In this document: positions 1-10,161 of the stretch, piece by piece
Numbering within the stretch: the stretch's first letter is position 1
Layout of the letters: each line of letters begins with the position of its first letter
Assembly: GCF_000014785.1 (NCBI RefSeq)
Contig: NC_008340.1
Coordinates: 1,440,001 to 1,472,000 of the forward strand
Direction of reading: 5' to 3'
DNA length: 32,000 bases
Origin: Alkalilimnicola ehrlichii MLHE-1
GTDB taxonomy: Bacteria; Pseudomonadota; Gammaproteobacteria; Nitrococcales; Halorhodospiraceae
Made by a program: the position numbers and the translations under genes
The notes under the pieces: generated by a model
The model's input: only the letters and a program-made list of their open reading frames with translations
Database searches by the model: none
What the model was told of the DNA's origin: nothing

Positions 1-30
1 TCCCTGTCCAGATCCGGAACCACCTTTATT

Positions 31-675
31 GTGAGCGCCAACAGTTTTCGAACCCGAGTCAAGATCTGCGGAATCACCCGGCCCGAGGACGGACGCAAGG
101 CGGCGCAGTTGGGCGCCGATGCGGTCGGTCTGGTCTTCCACGAGCGCAGTTGCCGGGCGGTCGACCGCGCCACGGCACAGGCGGTGATCGATGCCCTGCC
201 GCCGTTCGTGACCGTGGTGGCCCTGTTTCAGGACCCGCAGGCCGCCTTCGTGCGCCAAGTGTTGCGGGAGTTGCGCATCGACCTGCTGCAATTCCACGGC
301 GACGAGGCCCCGGAGTTCTGTGAGGGGTTTCACCGGCGGTACATCAAGGCCATCCCCATGGGGGAGCCGGGCGACCCCAAGGCCTGGGTGGCGCGCTACC
401 CCTCTGCCGTCGGGTTCCTGCTCGACAGCCACAGTCGCGGCGCCAGCGGCGGCAGTGGTGAGATCTTTGACTGGGCGCGGGTGCCCCATGACGCCGGGGT
501 CCCCCTGATCCTGGCCGGCGGGCTCTCCCCGGAGAACGTGGGCGGCGCGGTCCGGCAGGCGCGGCCCTTTGCGGTGGACGTGAGCACGGGCGTGGAGTCC
601 GCGCCCGGGGTCAAGGACCCGGAGCTCATGGCCGCCTTCATCAGTGAGGTCAGCAATGTCCACCAAGGTGACTGA
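31..675 (+). CDS. trpF: N-(5'-phosphoribosyl)anthranilate isomerase
   Basis: GTG-initiated 214-aa ORF. The N-terminal 'RVKICGIT' and C-terminal '[11 protein letters not shown]' are typical of PRAI. It lies directly upstream of trpB and trpA and overlaps trpB. Confidence 0.85.
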   Translation: MSANSFRTRVKICGITRPEDGRKAAQLGADAVGLVFHERSCRAVDRATAQAVIDALPPFVTVVALFQDPQAAFVRQVLRELRIDLLQFHGDEAPEFCEGFHRRYIKAIPMGEPGDPKAWVARYPSAVGFLLDSHSRGASGGSGEIFDWARVPHDAGVPLILAGGLSPENVGGAVRQARPFAVDVSTGVESAPGVKDPELMAAFISEVSNVHQGD

Positions 676-1891
676 CGTGATTGAACGCATCCCCGGCTTC
701 GACCGCTACCCGGACGAGGCGGGGCATTTTGGGCCCTACGGCGGGCGCTTCGTTTCCGAGACCCTGATGGCTCCGCTGGACGAGCTGGCGCAGGCCTACG
801 ATCACTACCGCAATGACCCGGAGTTTCTGGCCGAGATCGACCGGGATTTGCAGGACTTTGTCGGTCGGCCCAGCCCGCTGTACCTGGCGGAGCGCTGGAC
901 CCAGCGGATCGGTGGTGCGCGGATCTACTTCAAGCGTGAAGACCTCAACCACACCGGCGCCCACAAGATCAACAACACCGTGGGCCAGGCGCTGCTGGCT
1001 AAGCGGATGGGCAAGACCCGGGTCATCGCTGAGACCGGTGCCGGGCAGCACGGCGTGGCCAGCGCCACGGTGGCGGCGCGCCTGGGCATGCAGTGCGTGG
1101 TGTATATGGGCGCGGACGACGTCAAGCGTCAGGCGGTCAATGTTTTCCGCATGCGCCTGCTCGGCGCCGAGGTGCGGCCGGTGGACGCCGGCACCCGGAC
1201 GCTCAAGGACGCCCTCAACGAGGCAATGCGCGACTGGGTGGCCCATGTGGACGACACCTTCTACATCATCGGCACCGTCGCCGGCCCCCACCCCTACCCG
1301 ATGATGGTGCGCGACTTTCAGACCGTGATCGGGCGGGAGGCGCGGCGCCAGATGCTCGAGCGCGAGGGCCGGCTGCCCGATGCCCTGGTGGCCTGTGTGG
1401 GGGGCGGCTCCAACGCCATTGGCCTGTTCCACCCCTTCCTGGCGGACCAGGCCGTGGCCATCTACGGGGTCGAGGCCGGCGGCGAAGGGGTGGAGAGCGG
1501 GCGGCATGCCGCGCCCCTGTGCGCCGGCCGCTCCGGGGTGCTGCACGGCAACCGCACCTACCTGATGATGAACGACTCCGGCCAGATCCAGGGGACCCAC
1601 TCGATCTCTGCCGGGCTCGACTACCCGGGGGTCGGGCCGGAGCATGCCTGGCTGAAGGACTCCGGCCGTGCCCAATACGTCAGCGTGACCGATGACGAGG
1701 CCCTGGAGGCGTTCCACGAGGTGACCCGCTGCGAGGGCATCATGCCAGCCCTGGAGACCGCCCATGCCCTGGCCTATGCCCGCAAGCTGGCCGCCGGGAT
1801 GAGCCCGGAGCAGAGCGTGGTGGTGAGCCTGTCCGGGCGGGGTGACAAGGATATTGCGACGGTGGCCGAGCTGGAGGGCATTGAGCTATGA
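656..1891 (+). CDS. trpB: Tryptophan synthase beta chain
   Basis: PLP-lysine motif 'HTGAHKINN' and 'GGGSNAIG' are present. I moved the start to ATG 656 (MSTKVTD...), inside ORF 644..1891. It overlaps the trpF end by 20 nt. Confidence 0.95.
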   Translation: MSTKVTDVIERIPGFDRYPDEAGHFGPYGGRFVSETLMAPLDELAQAYDHYRNDPEFLAEIDRDLQDFVGRPSPLYLAERWTQRIGGARIYFKREDLNHTGAHKINNTVGQALLAKRMGKTRVIAETGAGQHGVASATVAARLGMQCVVYMGADDVKRQAVNVFRMRLLGAEVRPVDAGTRTLKDALNEAMRDWVAHVDDTFYIIGTVAGPHPYPMMVRDFQTVIGREARRQMLEREGRLPDALVACVGGGSNAIGLFHPFLADQAVAIYGVEAGGEGVESGRHAAPLCAGRSGVLHGNRTYLMMNDSGQIQGTHSISAGLDYPGVGPEHAWLKDSGRAQYVSVTDDEALEAFHEVTRCEGIMPALETAHALAYARKLAAGMSPEQSVVVSLSGRGDKDIATVAELEGIEL

Positions 1892-2712
1892 ACCGTCTGG
1901 AAAAGCGCATGTCGGCCTGCCGGAAGGCGGGGCGCAAGGCCCTGATCCCCTATATCACCGCCGGCGACCCCGGCCCGGAGCACACCGTGCCCCTCATGCA
2001 CGCGCTGGTCGGGGCCGGCGCCGACGTCCTCGAGCTCGGCGTTCCGTTCTCCGATCCAATGGCCGACGGGCCGGTGATCCAGGCCGCCTGTGAGCGGGCA
2101 CTGGCCCACGGGACGACCCTGCGCGATGTCTTCGATATGGTGCGCCGGTTCCGTGAGCAGGATGGCGAGACCCCCGTGGTCCTGATGGGTTACCTCAACC
2201 CGGTGGAATACCTGGGGCCGGCGGTCTTTGCTGAGGAGGCGGCGGCCGCGGGGGTGGACGGGGTACTCACGGTGGACCTCCCGCCGGAGGAGGCGGCCCC
2301 CTTTACCCAGGCCTTTGCCGCCAATGATTTGTGTCCCATCTTCCTGGTCGCGCCGACAACGGCGGGTGAACGGCTGGAGGCCGTGTGTCAGGCCGCCCGC
2401 GGCTTTGTCTACTACGTGGCCATCAAGGGCGTCACTGGCGTGGCGGAACTGGATGTGGACGATATCGCCCGCCGGGTCAGTGCCGTGCGGGCCCGCACCG
2501 ACCTGCCAGTGGGTGTCGGCTTCGGTATCCGCGATGCCGAGAGCGCGGCGCGGGTCGGGGCGGTGGCCGATGCCGTTATCGTGGGCAGTGCGCTGGTCAA
2601 TCGCATCGCCGGGCTGACCGAGCAGCCGGAGCGGGTCCCGGCGGTGTTGGCCGAGGCGCTTGGCGAGATGCGCCGGGCGCTGGACGGTCTTGCCGAGGAG
2701 GTCGCATCGTGA
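1888..2712 (+). CDS. trpA: Tryptophan synthase alpha chain
   Basis: 274-aa ORF with '[17 protein letters not shown]' and '[10 protein letters not shown]'. Its start overlaps the trpB stop in an ATGA. Confidence 0.95.
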   Translation: MNRLEKRMSACRKAGRKALIPYITAGDPGPEHTVPLMHALVGAGADVLELGVPFSDPMADGPVIQAACERALAHGTTLRDVFDMVRRFREQDGETPVVLMGYLNPVEYLGPAVFAEEAAAAGVDGVLTVDLPPEEAAPFTQAFAANDLCPIFLVAPTTAGERLEAVCQAARGFVYYVAIKGVTGVAELDVDDIARRVSAVRARTDLPVGVGFGIRDAESAARVGAVADAVIVGSALVNRIAGLTEQPERVPAVLAEALGEMRRALDGLAEEVAS

Positions 2713-3644
2713 GCTGGTTCCAGAAACTGATGCCGTCGCGGATCCGCACCGACGCCTCGGAGCGCAGCCGCAGCGTTCCCGAGGGGCTGTGGACCAAGTG
2801 CGGGCATTGCAGCGCGGTACTCTACCGTCCGGAGCTGGAGCGTAACCAGGAGGTCTGCCCCAAGTGCGGTGATCACATGCGCATCGGCGCACGTCGCCGG
2901 CTGGCCGGATTCCTGGACGCCGAGGGGCAGGTGGAGATCGGCGCCGACGTGCAGCCGGTGGACGCCCTGCGCTTCCGCGACAGCAAGAAATACCGCGACC
3001 GCCTGGCCCAGGCCCAGAAGGGCACCGGCGAGCGGGATGCGCTGGTGGCCATGCAGGGCCGGCTGCGCGGCATGCCGGTGGTGGCGGTGGCCTTTGAGTT
3101 CTCGTTCATGGGCGGCTCCATGGGCTCGGTGGTCGGCGAGCGTTTTGTGCGCGCTGCGGATACGGCGCGCGAGCAGCGGGTGCCCCTGGTCTGCTTCTCC
3201 GCCAGTGGCGGCGCCCGGATGCAGGAGGGCCTCTTCTCGCTGATGCAGATGGCCAAGACCAGCGCGGCGCTGGCCCGGCTCTCCGAGGAGGGGGTCCCCT
3301 TCGTCTCCGTGCTCACCGACCCGACCATGGGCGGGGTGTCGGCGAGCTTGGCGATGCTCGGCGACCTGGTGGTGGCGGAACCCGGGGCGCTGATCGGCTT
3401 TGCCGGGCCGAGGGTGATCGAGCAGACGGTGCGCGAGACCCTGCCTGAGGGGTTCCAGCGCGCCGAATTCCTGCTGGAGCACGGCGCGATCGATCAGATC
3501 ATCGATCGCCGGGAAATGGCTGACCGGCTTCACCGCATCCTCGCCATGCTGACCCACCAACCCGCCGCGGAGGCCGCGGACGCGCCCGAGGCGGGCGAGC
3601 AGCCATCGGAGGCGACCGACCCGGTGGGCGAGCACTGGGACTGA
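2709..3644 (+). CDS. accD: Acetyl-CoA carboxylase carboxyltransferase beta subunit
   Basis: N-terminus 'SWFQKLMP...', Zn-ribbon 'CGHC...(17 aa)...CPKCG', and 'FSFMGGSMG'. GTG 2709 is in frame within ORF 2385..3644 and overlaps the trpA stop (GTGA). Confidence 0.92.
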   Translation: MSWFQKLMPSRIRTDASERSRSVPEGLWTKCGHCSAVLYRPELERNQEVCPKCGDHMRIGARRRLAGFLDAEGQVEIGADVQPVDALRFRDSKKYRDRLAQAQKGTGERDALVAMQGRLRGMPVVAVAFEFSFMGGSMGSVVGERFVRAADTAREQRVPLVCFSASGGARMQEGLFSLMQMAKTSAALARLSEEGVPFVSVLTDPTMGGVSASLAMLGDLVVAEPGALIGFAGPRVIEQTVRETLPEGFQRAEFLLEHGAIDQIIDRREMADRLHRILAMLTHQPAAEAADAPEAGEQPSEATDPVGEHWD

Positions 3645-3649
3645 CTGAG

Positions 3650-4963
3650 ATGCCCGACACCCCGGGATCGGCCGCCCCAATGCCCCAGCGCGACCGTTGG
3701 CGGCTGGAGGACTGGCTGCGGTGGCAGGAAGGGCTCAGCCCGGTGGAGATCAACCCCGGGCTGGAGCGGGTGCAGGCGGTCGGCGAACGGCTGGGTGCCC
3801 TCACGCCCCGTTGCCCGGTCATTACCGTGGCCGGTACCAACGGCAAGGGCTCCTGCATCGCCTACCTGGAGGCAATGCTCGGTGCCGCCGGATACCGGAC
3901 CGCTGCCTACACCTCGCCGCATCTGTTGCGCTATAACGAACGCATCCGGCTGGCCGGGGTCCCGGTGAGTGATGAGGCCATCACGGCGGCCTTCTCCCGC
4001 GTGGAACAGGCCCGGCAGGGCACCCCGTTGACGTATTTCGAGTACGGCACGCTGGCCGCTCTGAGCCTGTTCAGCGAGGCGGAGGCCGAGGTCTGGCTCC
4101 TCGAGGTGGGCATGGGCGGGCGCCTGGACGCGGTGAACGCGGTCGATCCCGATTTGTCCATAATCACGAGTATTGGCCTCGATCACACCGAGTGGCTGGG
4201 CGCGGATCGCGAGCGGATTGGCGCGGAGAAGGCCGGTATCATGCGTCCGGGACGGCCCGTCTGCCTGGGCCAGGCGGACCTCCCCGACAGTGTGTCCGAT
4301 CGGGCCCGGACGCTGCGGGCGCCGGTGACCGCGGCCGGTCGCGACTTCCATTGGCGGCGACAAGCCCTGGGCTGGGACTGGCTCAGCGGCGACGAGCGAC
4401 TGGACGGCCTGCCCTGGCCCGGGCTGACCGGGACGGTGCAACTGGATAACGCGGCGGTGGTCATCGCCGGTCTGAGGCGGCTGCGGGAGCGGCTCCCGGT
4501 GGATCGCGCCGCGCTCGAGCGGGGACTGCGCAGCGCCCGCCTGCCCGGACACATGGAGCGGGTCCGGCGCCGGGGCGTGGAGTGGTTGTTCGACGTGGCC
4601 CACAATGAGGACAGCGTGCGCGTATTGGCCGAGACGGTCCGGGACGAGGCGGGCAAGGGGCGCGTCATCGGGCTCTTTGCCGCCATGCACCGCAAGGCCC
4701 TGTCCGGTGTGCTTGCCACCATGGGTGCAGTGGTGGACGAGTGGTATCTGCCACGGTTGGAGGATCCCCAGGCGCATCCGCCGGAGGCGGTGGCGGCGGG
4801 CCTACGCGAGACTGGGGTGGATGCCTCCGTTATCCATACCGGCGGCCTGTCGGCCCTGCTTGCCGCGGTAGCGGACCGCGCCCGCCCCGGGGACCGGGTG
4901 GTGGTGTTCGGCTCGTTCCGTACCGTCGAGGCGGTGATGCGGGCCGGAGGGCGCGTAGACTGA
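3650..4963 (+). CDS. folC: Bifunctional folylpolyglutamate synthase / dihydrofolate synthase
   Basis: 437-aa ORF with the Mur-ligase-type P-loop 'VAGTNGKGS' and 'GLDHTEWLG'. It sits in the conserved accD-folC position, 5 nt after the accD stop. Confidence 0.9.
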   Translation: MPDTPGSAAPMPQRDRWRLEDWLRWQEGLSPVEINPGLERVQAVGERLGALTPRCPVITVAGTNGKGSCIAYLEAMLGAAGYRTAAYTSPHLLRYNERIRLAGVPVSDEAITAAFSRVEQARQGTPLTYFEYGTLAALSLFSEAEAEVWLLEVGMGGRLDAVNAVDPDLSIITSIGLDHTEWLGADRERIGAEKAGIMRPGRPVCLGQADLPDSVSDRARTLRAPVTAAGRDFHWRRQALGWDWLSGDERLDGLPWPGLTGTVQLDNAAVVIAGLRRLRERLPVDRAALERGLRSARLPGHMERVRRRGVEWLFDVAHNEDSVRVLAETVRDEAGKGRVIGLFAAMHRKALSGVLATMGAVVDEWYLPRLEDPQAHPPEAVAAGLRETGVDASVIHTGGLSALLAAVADRARPGDRVVVFGSFRTVEAVMRAGGRVD

Positions 4964-5001
4964 TGCCCGTTTTCCCGTAGTACCGATTACGAGGTCCAGC
5001 C

Positions 5002-5688
5002 TTGGAACAGCACATCAAGCACCGGCTGGCCGGTGCGGTTATCCTGGTAGCGCTGGCGGTCATCATCCTGCCCTGGCTGCTGAGCGGCGAGGGCGACCGG
5101 GGCGAGCTGGATATGCCGCTGGATATCCCGCCGGCCCCGGAGGTGCGCGAGGTGCCGGTACCGGAGGTGCGTGACGAGGACGGGGCACCGGTGTCGACGC
5201 CGCGTCCGGCGCCGTTGACCCCGCCCGGTGAGGGGCCGGGCGACGCCCCGGACATGGCACCGCCCAGGCCGGCGGAGGCACCGGAACCGGCCGAGGCGCC
5301 CGCCGAGGAACCCGCTGTGGTGGCCGAGCCGGCGCCGGAGCCGACGGCTGAGCCGGAACCGGAACCGGAGCCGGCCCCGGCACCTGGCGCGGAGCCGGAG
5401 CCTGAACCGACCGTGACGCCGGAGGGCCTGGACCGGATCCCGGCGGACCGGGGTGATTGGGTGGTGCAGGTGGGCAGCTTCAGCCGGCTGGAGAATGCGT
5501 TGGGCCTGCGTGATCGGTTGCGCGAGGCGGGCTACACCGCCTTCGCGGATCGGATGGACACCGAGGCCGGGCGGACCCTGTACCGGGTCCGCCTGGGGCC
5601 GTTGGCGACCCGCGAGGAGGCGAGGGCCCTGCACGATGAACTGCAGCGGGATCAGGGCCTGGAGGGCCTGGTCATGTCCCATCCATGA
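5002..5688 (+). CDS. SPOR-domain cell-division protein (DedD-like)
   Basis: TTG start. The protein has an N-terminal TM helix (LAGAVILVALAVIILPWLL), a long Pro/Glu/Ala-rich linker, and a C-terminal SPOR-like segment ('WVVQVGSFSRLENA...YRVRLGPLATREEA'). It occupies the folC-dedD-cvpA position. Confidence 0.7.
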   Translation: MEQHIKHRLAGAVILVALAVIILPWLLSGEGDRGELDMPLDIPPAPEVREVPVPEVRDEDGAPVSTPRPAPLTPPGEGPGDAPDMAPPRPAEAPEPAEAPAEEPAVVAEPAPEPTAEPEPEPEPAPAPGAEPEPEPTVTPEGLDRIPADRGDWVVQVGSFSRLENALGLRDRLREAGYTAFADRMDTEAGRTLYRVRLGPLATREEARALHDELQRDQGLEGLVMSHP

Positions 5689-5698
5689 TGGGGTCGGC

Positions 5699-5727
5699 TT
5701 TCGCGCCGGCGTGCGCTCTGCTAATAT
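5699..5727 (+). promoter_or_regulatory. Candidate sigma70 promoter for cvpA-purF-metZ (extended -10)
   Basis: 'TGcTAATAT' at 5719-5727 is an extended -10 (TGn + TAATAT). The -35 'TTTCGC', 17 nt upstream, is weak. The site lies in the 74-nt dedD-cvpA gap. Confidence 0.3.
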
Positions 5728-5762
5728 CGGCCGCCTTTCGGCGGTGCTGCTCGGGGCCGTGA

Positions 5763-6356
5763 ATGAACTGGCTTGATATCGCCATTCTGGGCGTCGTCGG
5801 GGTCTCGGCGCTGCTCAGCCTCATCCGGGGGCTCTCCCGGGAGGTGATCTCCCTGCTGGCCTGGATCCTGGCCATCTGGGCGGGGCTGACCCTGGCTGCG
5901 CCCCTCTCCGAGCATCTGACCCCCTGGATCGACTCCCCGACCCTGCGCATCGGTGCGGCCTTCGTCGGCCTCTTTGTCGGGGTCCTGGTGGCCGGGGCCC
6001 TGGTCAACCTGGTCATGACCAAGCTGGTGGGCAGCACCGGCTTCTCCGGGACCGATCGCCTGCTGGGCATGATCTTCGGCGTATTGCGGGGCCTGGTGGT
6101 GGTGAGCGTGGTGGTGCTCATCATGGGGCTGACCCCGATGCCGGAGGAGCCCTTCTGGCAAGAGTCGACCATGATTGGCGGGCTCGAGCCCTGGGTCTGC
6201 CGGGTGGGCGCTGATGAATGGATGCAGCGCCTCTTCGAGTACGGCGAGGCGGCCGAGGGGCTGATGCCCGAGCAGACCTATTGGCAAAGCTATTGTGCGG
6301 GCGGCGCGTCGGGTACGTCGGCGCCCGAAACCCCCGTTGTCCCTGACGAGCTCTGA
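5763..6356 (+). CDS. cvpA: CvpA-family membrane protein (colicin V production protein)
   Basis: N-terminus 'MNWLDIAILGVVGVSALLSLIRG' and four hydrophobic helices. It is in the conserved position immediately upstream of purF. Confidence 0.8.
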   Translation: MNWLDIAILGVVGVSALLSLIRGLSREVISLLAWILAIWAGLTLAAPLSEHLTPWIDSPTLRIGAAFVGLFVGVLVAGALVNLVMTKLVGSTGFSGTDRLLGMIFGVLRGLVVVSVVVLIMGLTPMPEEPFWQESTMIGGLEPWVCRVGADEWMQRLFEYGEAAEGLMPEQTYWQSYCAGGASGTSAPETPVVPDEL

Positions 6357-6375
6357 TACGCGAGGTGCCTAGTCC

Positions 6376-7890
6376 ATGTGTGGCGTGATTGGAATGGTGG
6401 CCCGGGAACCGGTCAACCAGGCCCTGTACGACGGACTGACGGTGTTACAGCACCGGGGGCAGGATGCCGCCGGCATCATGACCTACGATAATGGCCGCCT
6501 GCACTTGCGCAAGGACAACGGGCTGGTCCGCGACGTGTTTCGAACCCGGCACATGAAACAGCTGTTCGGTAACATGGGGATCGGCCATGTGCGCTATCCC
6601 ACCGCCGGCTGCGACACCTCGGCCGAGGCGCAGCCCTTTTACGTCAACAGCCCCTACGGCATCTCGCTCGCCCACAACGGCAATCTGATCAATGCCGAGG
6701 CTCTGAAGCGGGAGTTGTTCGAATCGGACCTGCGCCATATCAACACCGAGTCCGACTCGGAGATCCTGCTCAATGTTTTTGCCCATGAACTGGGTCGTTC
6801 CGGCAAGATGCGGATCAGCCCGGCGGACATCTTTGATGCCGTCGGCGAGGTCCACCGGCGCTGCAAGGGGGCCTACGCCGTGGTCTCCATGATCAACGGC
6901 TACGGTATCCTCGGCTTCCGGGACCCCAACGGGATCCGCCCCATCTGCTTCGGGGAGCGGACCACCGAGATGGGCAAGGAGTACATCATTGCCTCTGAGA
7001 GCGTGGCCCTGGACGTGCTGGGCTTCACCCGGGTGCGCGATATTGCCCCCGGCGAGGCGATCTTCATCGACATGGACGGGGTCCTGCACACCCGCCAGTG
7101 TGCCGACAACCCGGTCTCCTCCCCCTGTATCTTCGAATACGTCTATCTGGCCCGGCCCGATACCATGATCGATGAAGTGGCCGTCTATAAATCGCGGCTG
7201 CGAATGGGTGAGAAGCTGGCGGGCAAGGTGGAGCGTGAGTGGCCGGATCACGATATCGATGTGGTGATCCCCATCCCCGATACCAGCCGCACCGTGGCCC
7301 TGGAGATGGCCAATCACCTGGGTGTGACCTACCGCGAGGGCTTCATCAAGAATCGCTACATCGGTCGCACCTTCATCATGCCCGGCCAGACGCAGCGCAA
7401 GAAATCGGTGCGCCAGAAGCTCAATCCCATCCACCTGGAGTTCCGGGACAAGAACGTGCTGCTGGTGGACGACTCCATTGTCCGCGGCACCACCTGTCAG
7501 CAGTTGGTGCAGATGGCCCGCGATGCCGGTGCGCGCAAGGTCTACTTCGCGTCGGCGGCCCCGCCGGTGCGCTACCCCAACGTCTACGGTATCGATATGC
7601 CCTCCGTTGAGGAACTCATCGCCCACAACCGGACGGTGGAGCAGATCGCGAAGGTGATCGGCGCCGACCGGCTGATCTTCCAGGATCTGGACGATCTGAA
7701 AGAGGCGGTGCATTACGGCAACCGGGAGATCGACCGGTTCGATTGCTCCTGCTTCGACGGCGAGTATGTGACCGGCGACGTGGACAACGATTATCTGCGC
7801 CGGCAGCAGGCAGAGCGGGGTGATGACGCGCGCAGCCGCCGTCTCGCCACCGGTGAGGCGGGCGCGGTCGGTCTGCACAACCACCGCTGA
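6376..7890 (+). CDS. purF: Amidophosphoribosyltransferase
   Basis: 'MCGVIG' supplies the N-terminal Cys nucleophile. PRPP-binding motif '[13 protein letters not shown]' is present. 504 aa. Confidence 0.97.
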   Translation: MCGVIGMVAREPVNQALYDGLTVLQHRGQDAAGIMTYDNGRLHLRKDNGLVRDVFRTRHMKQLFGNMGIGHVRYPTAGCDTSAEAQPFYVNSPYGISLAHNGNLINAEALKRELFESDLRHINTESDSEILLNVFAHELGRSGKMRISPADIFDAVGEVHRRCKGAYAVVSMINGYGILGFRDPNGIRPICFGERTTEMGKEYIIASESVALDVLGFTRVRDIAPGEAIFIDMDGVLHTRQCADNPVSSPCIFEYVYLARPDTMIDEVAVYKSRLRMGEKLAGKVEREWPDHDIDVVIPIPDTSRTVALEMANHLGVTYREGFIKNRYIGRTFIMPGQTQRKKSVRQKLNPIHLEFRDKNVLLVDDSIVRGTTCQQLVQMARDAGARKVYFASAAPPVRYPNVYGIDMPSVEELIAHNRTVEQIAKVIGADRLIFQDLDDLKEAVHYGNREIDRFDCSCFDGEYVTGDVDNDYLRRQQAERGDDARSRRLATGEAGAVGLHNHR

Positions 7891-7897
7891 GGCGCGT

Positions 7898-9118
7898 ATG
7901 AGTGATCAGGGCGATTCCCACCACGACGATCCGCGCCACCCGAGCCACTGGGCGCCCGCCACCCGGGCGGTGCGGGCGGGACAGACCCGCGGCCTGGAGC
8001 AGGAGCAGAGCGAGCCCATCTACGCCAGTTCCAGCTTCACCTACCGTAGTGCTGCCGAGGCGGCGGCACGTTTCTCCGGCGAGAGCCCGGGGAATATCTA
8101 CTCGCGCTTTACCAACCCCACGGTCCGGACCTTCGAGCAGCGGCTCGCCGCCCTGGAGGGGGCCGAGGCCTGCGTGGCGACCGCCTCCGGGATGTCGGCG
8201 GTGCTGGCCGCTACCCTGGGGCTCCTGCGGGCCGGCGACCATATTGTCGCCTCCAGCGGCCTGTTCGGGGCCACGGCCTCGCTGTTCGCCAATTACCTCC
8301 CGCGCTATGGGATCGAGGTCACCACGGTCCCGCTCACCGACCTCCAGGCCTGGTCGGACGCCATGCGTCCGCAGACCCGCATGCTCTTCCTGGAGACGCC
8401 GTCCAACCCGCTGACCGAGGTGGCGGATATCGCCGCGCTGGCGGACCTGGCCCGGGGCCAGGGGGCGTGGCTGGCGGTGGACAACTGCTTCTGCACCCCG
8501 GCCCTGCAGCGGCCGCTGGAGCTCGGCGCGGATCTGGTCATTCACTCGGCGACCAAGTATCTGGACGGTCAGGGGCGGTGCATCGGCGGGGCGGTGTGCG
8601 GCGATGCCCAGGTGGTGGGCGAACAGGTTTTCGGCTTCCTGCGCACGGCCGGGCCGAGCATGAGCCCGTTCAACGCCTGGGTGTTCCTCAAGGGGCTGGA
8701 GACCCTGGCCCTGCGGATGGAGGCTCACTGCCGGAGTGCCTCGGAGCTGGCCCACTGGCTGGAGGAGCACCCGGCCGTGGAGCGGGTGTTCTATCCCGGG
8801 CTCGCCCGCCATCCCCAGCACGCCCTGGCGGCGCGCCAGCAGTCCGCCTTTGGCGGTATCGTCAGCTTCGAGGTGCGGGGCGGGCGCGACGCGGCCTGGC
8901 GGGTGATTGACAATACCCGGTTGCTCTCCATCACCGCGAACCTGGGCGACGCCAAGAGCACCATCACCCACCCGGCGACCACCACTCACGGCCGCAACAC
9001 ACCGGAGCAACGGGCGGCGGCGGGGATTACGGAATCGCTGGTCCGGGTGTCGGTGGGGCTGGAGGCGGTGGCGGATATCCGCGCTGATCTGGACGCGGCG
9101 TTGTCGGCCCTGGCGTAG
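7898..9118 (+). CDS. metZ: O-succinylhomoserine sulfhydrylase (Cys/Met-metabolism PLP enzyme)
   Basis: PLP-lysine motif 'HSATKYLDGQG'. I set the start at ATG 7898 (MSDQGD...), just after the purF stop. purF-metZ adjacency matches what I recall for Pseudomonas. The exact substrate class (MetZ versus MetB/MetY) is inferred from context. Confidence 0.8.
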   Translation: MSDQGDSHHDDPRHPSHWAPATRAVRAGQTRGLEQEQSEPIYASSSFTYRSAAEAAARFSGESPGNIYSRFTNPTVRTFEQRLAALEGAEACVATASGMSAVLAATLGLLRAGDHIVASSGLFGATASLFANYLPRYGIEVTTVPLTDLQAWSDAMRPQTRMLFLETPSNPLTEVADIAALADLARGQGAWLAVDNCFCTPALQRPLELGADLVIHSATKYLDGQGRCIGGAVCGDAQVVGEQVFGFLRTAGPSMSPFNAWVFLKGLETLALRMEAHCRSASELAHWLEEHPAVERVFYPGLARHPQHALAARQQSAFGGIVSFEVRGGRDAAWRVIDNTRLLSITANLGDAKSTITHPATTTHGRNTPEQRAAAGITESLVRVSVGLEAVADIRADLDAALSALA

Positions 9119-9155
9119 CCACCCCTGGCACAGCCCCGACGCGGTGGGCGACCGG

Positions 9156-9956
9156 TCAGCCGCCCATGGTCTCCGCGTGGTAGTGCGGGCGGATGGTCCG
9201 CAGCAGGTCGGCGAACAGCTTGGGGTTGCCGGCCACCACATGGCCGGTCTGCATGTGGCGCTCACCGCCCGTGACATCGCCGACGAGGCCGCCGGCCTCC
9301 TTCACCATCAGGGCACCGGCGGCCATGTCCCAGGGCTGGAGGCCCAGCTCCCAGAAGCCATCCAGGCGCCCGGCGGCCACGTAGGCCAGGTCCAAGGCAG
9401 CGGACCCGGCCCGGCGCAGGTCGGAGGCCCGCCGGCTGACGTCCCGGAACATGTCCATGTAGGGGTCGAGCAGTCGCGGGTTCTTGAACGGGAAGCCGGT
9501 GCCCAGCAGGGCGCCGTCGATGGTCTTGGCGCGGGTGACGCGCAGCCGCCGGCCATCGAGCTGGCAGCCGGCCCCCCGGTGGGCGGTGAACAGCTCCTGG
9601 CGCAGGGGATCATAGATGACGCCGCTCTCGAGCCGGCCGCGGTGGCGCAGGGCGATGGAGACGGCGTAGTGGGGAAAGCCGTGCAGGTAGTTGGTGGTGC
9701 CGTCCAGCGGGTCGATGACCCACTCGTAGTCGGCCTGGCCATGGCTGCCGGACTCTTCGCCGAGGATGGCGTGGTCGGGGTAGGCACGGCGGAGGATGTG
9801 AATGATTTGCTCCTCGGCCATGCGATCCACGTCGCTGACGAAGTCATTGCGGCCCTTGCTGTCCACCTGGACACGGTCCAGGCGGTCGAGGTTGCGTACA
9901 ATGACGTCGCCGGCGGCCCGAGCGGCCCGGACGGCCATGTTTACCGTTGCGTGCAT
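9156..9956 (-). CDS. suhB: Inositol monophosphatase family protein
   Basis: Motifs 'LGEESG', 'WVIDPLDGTTNYLHG' and 'GSAALDLAYVAAGRLDGFWE'. I set the start at ATG 9956 (MHATVNMAV...), giving 266 aa. The longer ORF to 10535 is an upstream artefact. Confidence 0.9.
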   Translation of the reverse strand: MHATVNMAVRAARAAGDVIVRNLDRLDRVQVDSKGRNDFVSDVDRMAEEQIIHILRRAYPDHAILGEESGSHGQADYEWVIDPLDGTTNYLHGFPHYAVSIALRHRGRLESGVIYDPLRQELFTAHRGAGCQLDGRRLRVTRAKTIDGALLGTGFPFKNPRLLDPYMDMFRDVSRRASDLRRAGSAALDLAYVAAGRLDGFWELGLQPWDMAAGALMVKEAGGLVGDVTGGERHMQTGHVVAGNPKLFADLLRTIRPHYHAETMGG

Positions 9957-10161
9957 GGTGATCTTCGTCTGCCAGGATGGGTGGGTCTGGATCGGTCGCC
10001 CGCCGGCGGGGCGGGCGGACGGGGCGAAGCATAACAGGAAAGCGGGCGGGACTGTACCGGTGTGGGTCGTCCCAGCCCGGAAACGGGCACGGCGGCTGTG
10101 AGCGCTGTGGCTTCGAAGGGTTGGGCCCTCCGTTGGGTTGTTTTCGAATATTGGGAGTGGG

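Noticed and set aside
1-30. A possible 3' end of an upstream gene (truA would be expected before trpF).
   Set aside because: Only 30 nt are available, too short to support any call.
2385-2708. Upstream in-frame extensions of real genes in the ORF track: accD from 2385, metZ from 7820, suhB to 10535, rlmN from 12841, yfgM from 17130, bamB from 17524, pncA from 21092, cobA to 26051, DUF934 from 28475 and fccB from 29616.
   Set aside because: The extensions overlap the preceding gene and encode Arg/Pro-rich sequence unlike the family N-termini. Internal ATG or GTG codons give N-termini matching known homologues (for example SWFQKLM for AccD and a lipoprotein signal for BamB), often with an RBS.
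5280-5410. Short periodic GAGCCG/GAACCG repeats, also at 15500-15570, considered as a possible CRISPR array or tandem-repeat locus.
   Set aside because: They lie inside the reading frames of the DedD-like and RodZ-like proteins and encode PEPEPE/APAP linkers. The repeat units are 6-9 nt with no spacers, so this is not a CRISPR architecture.
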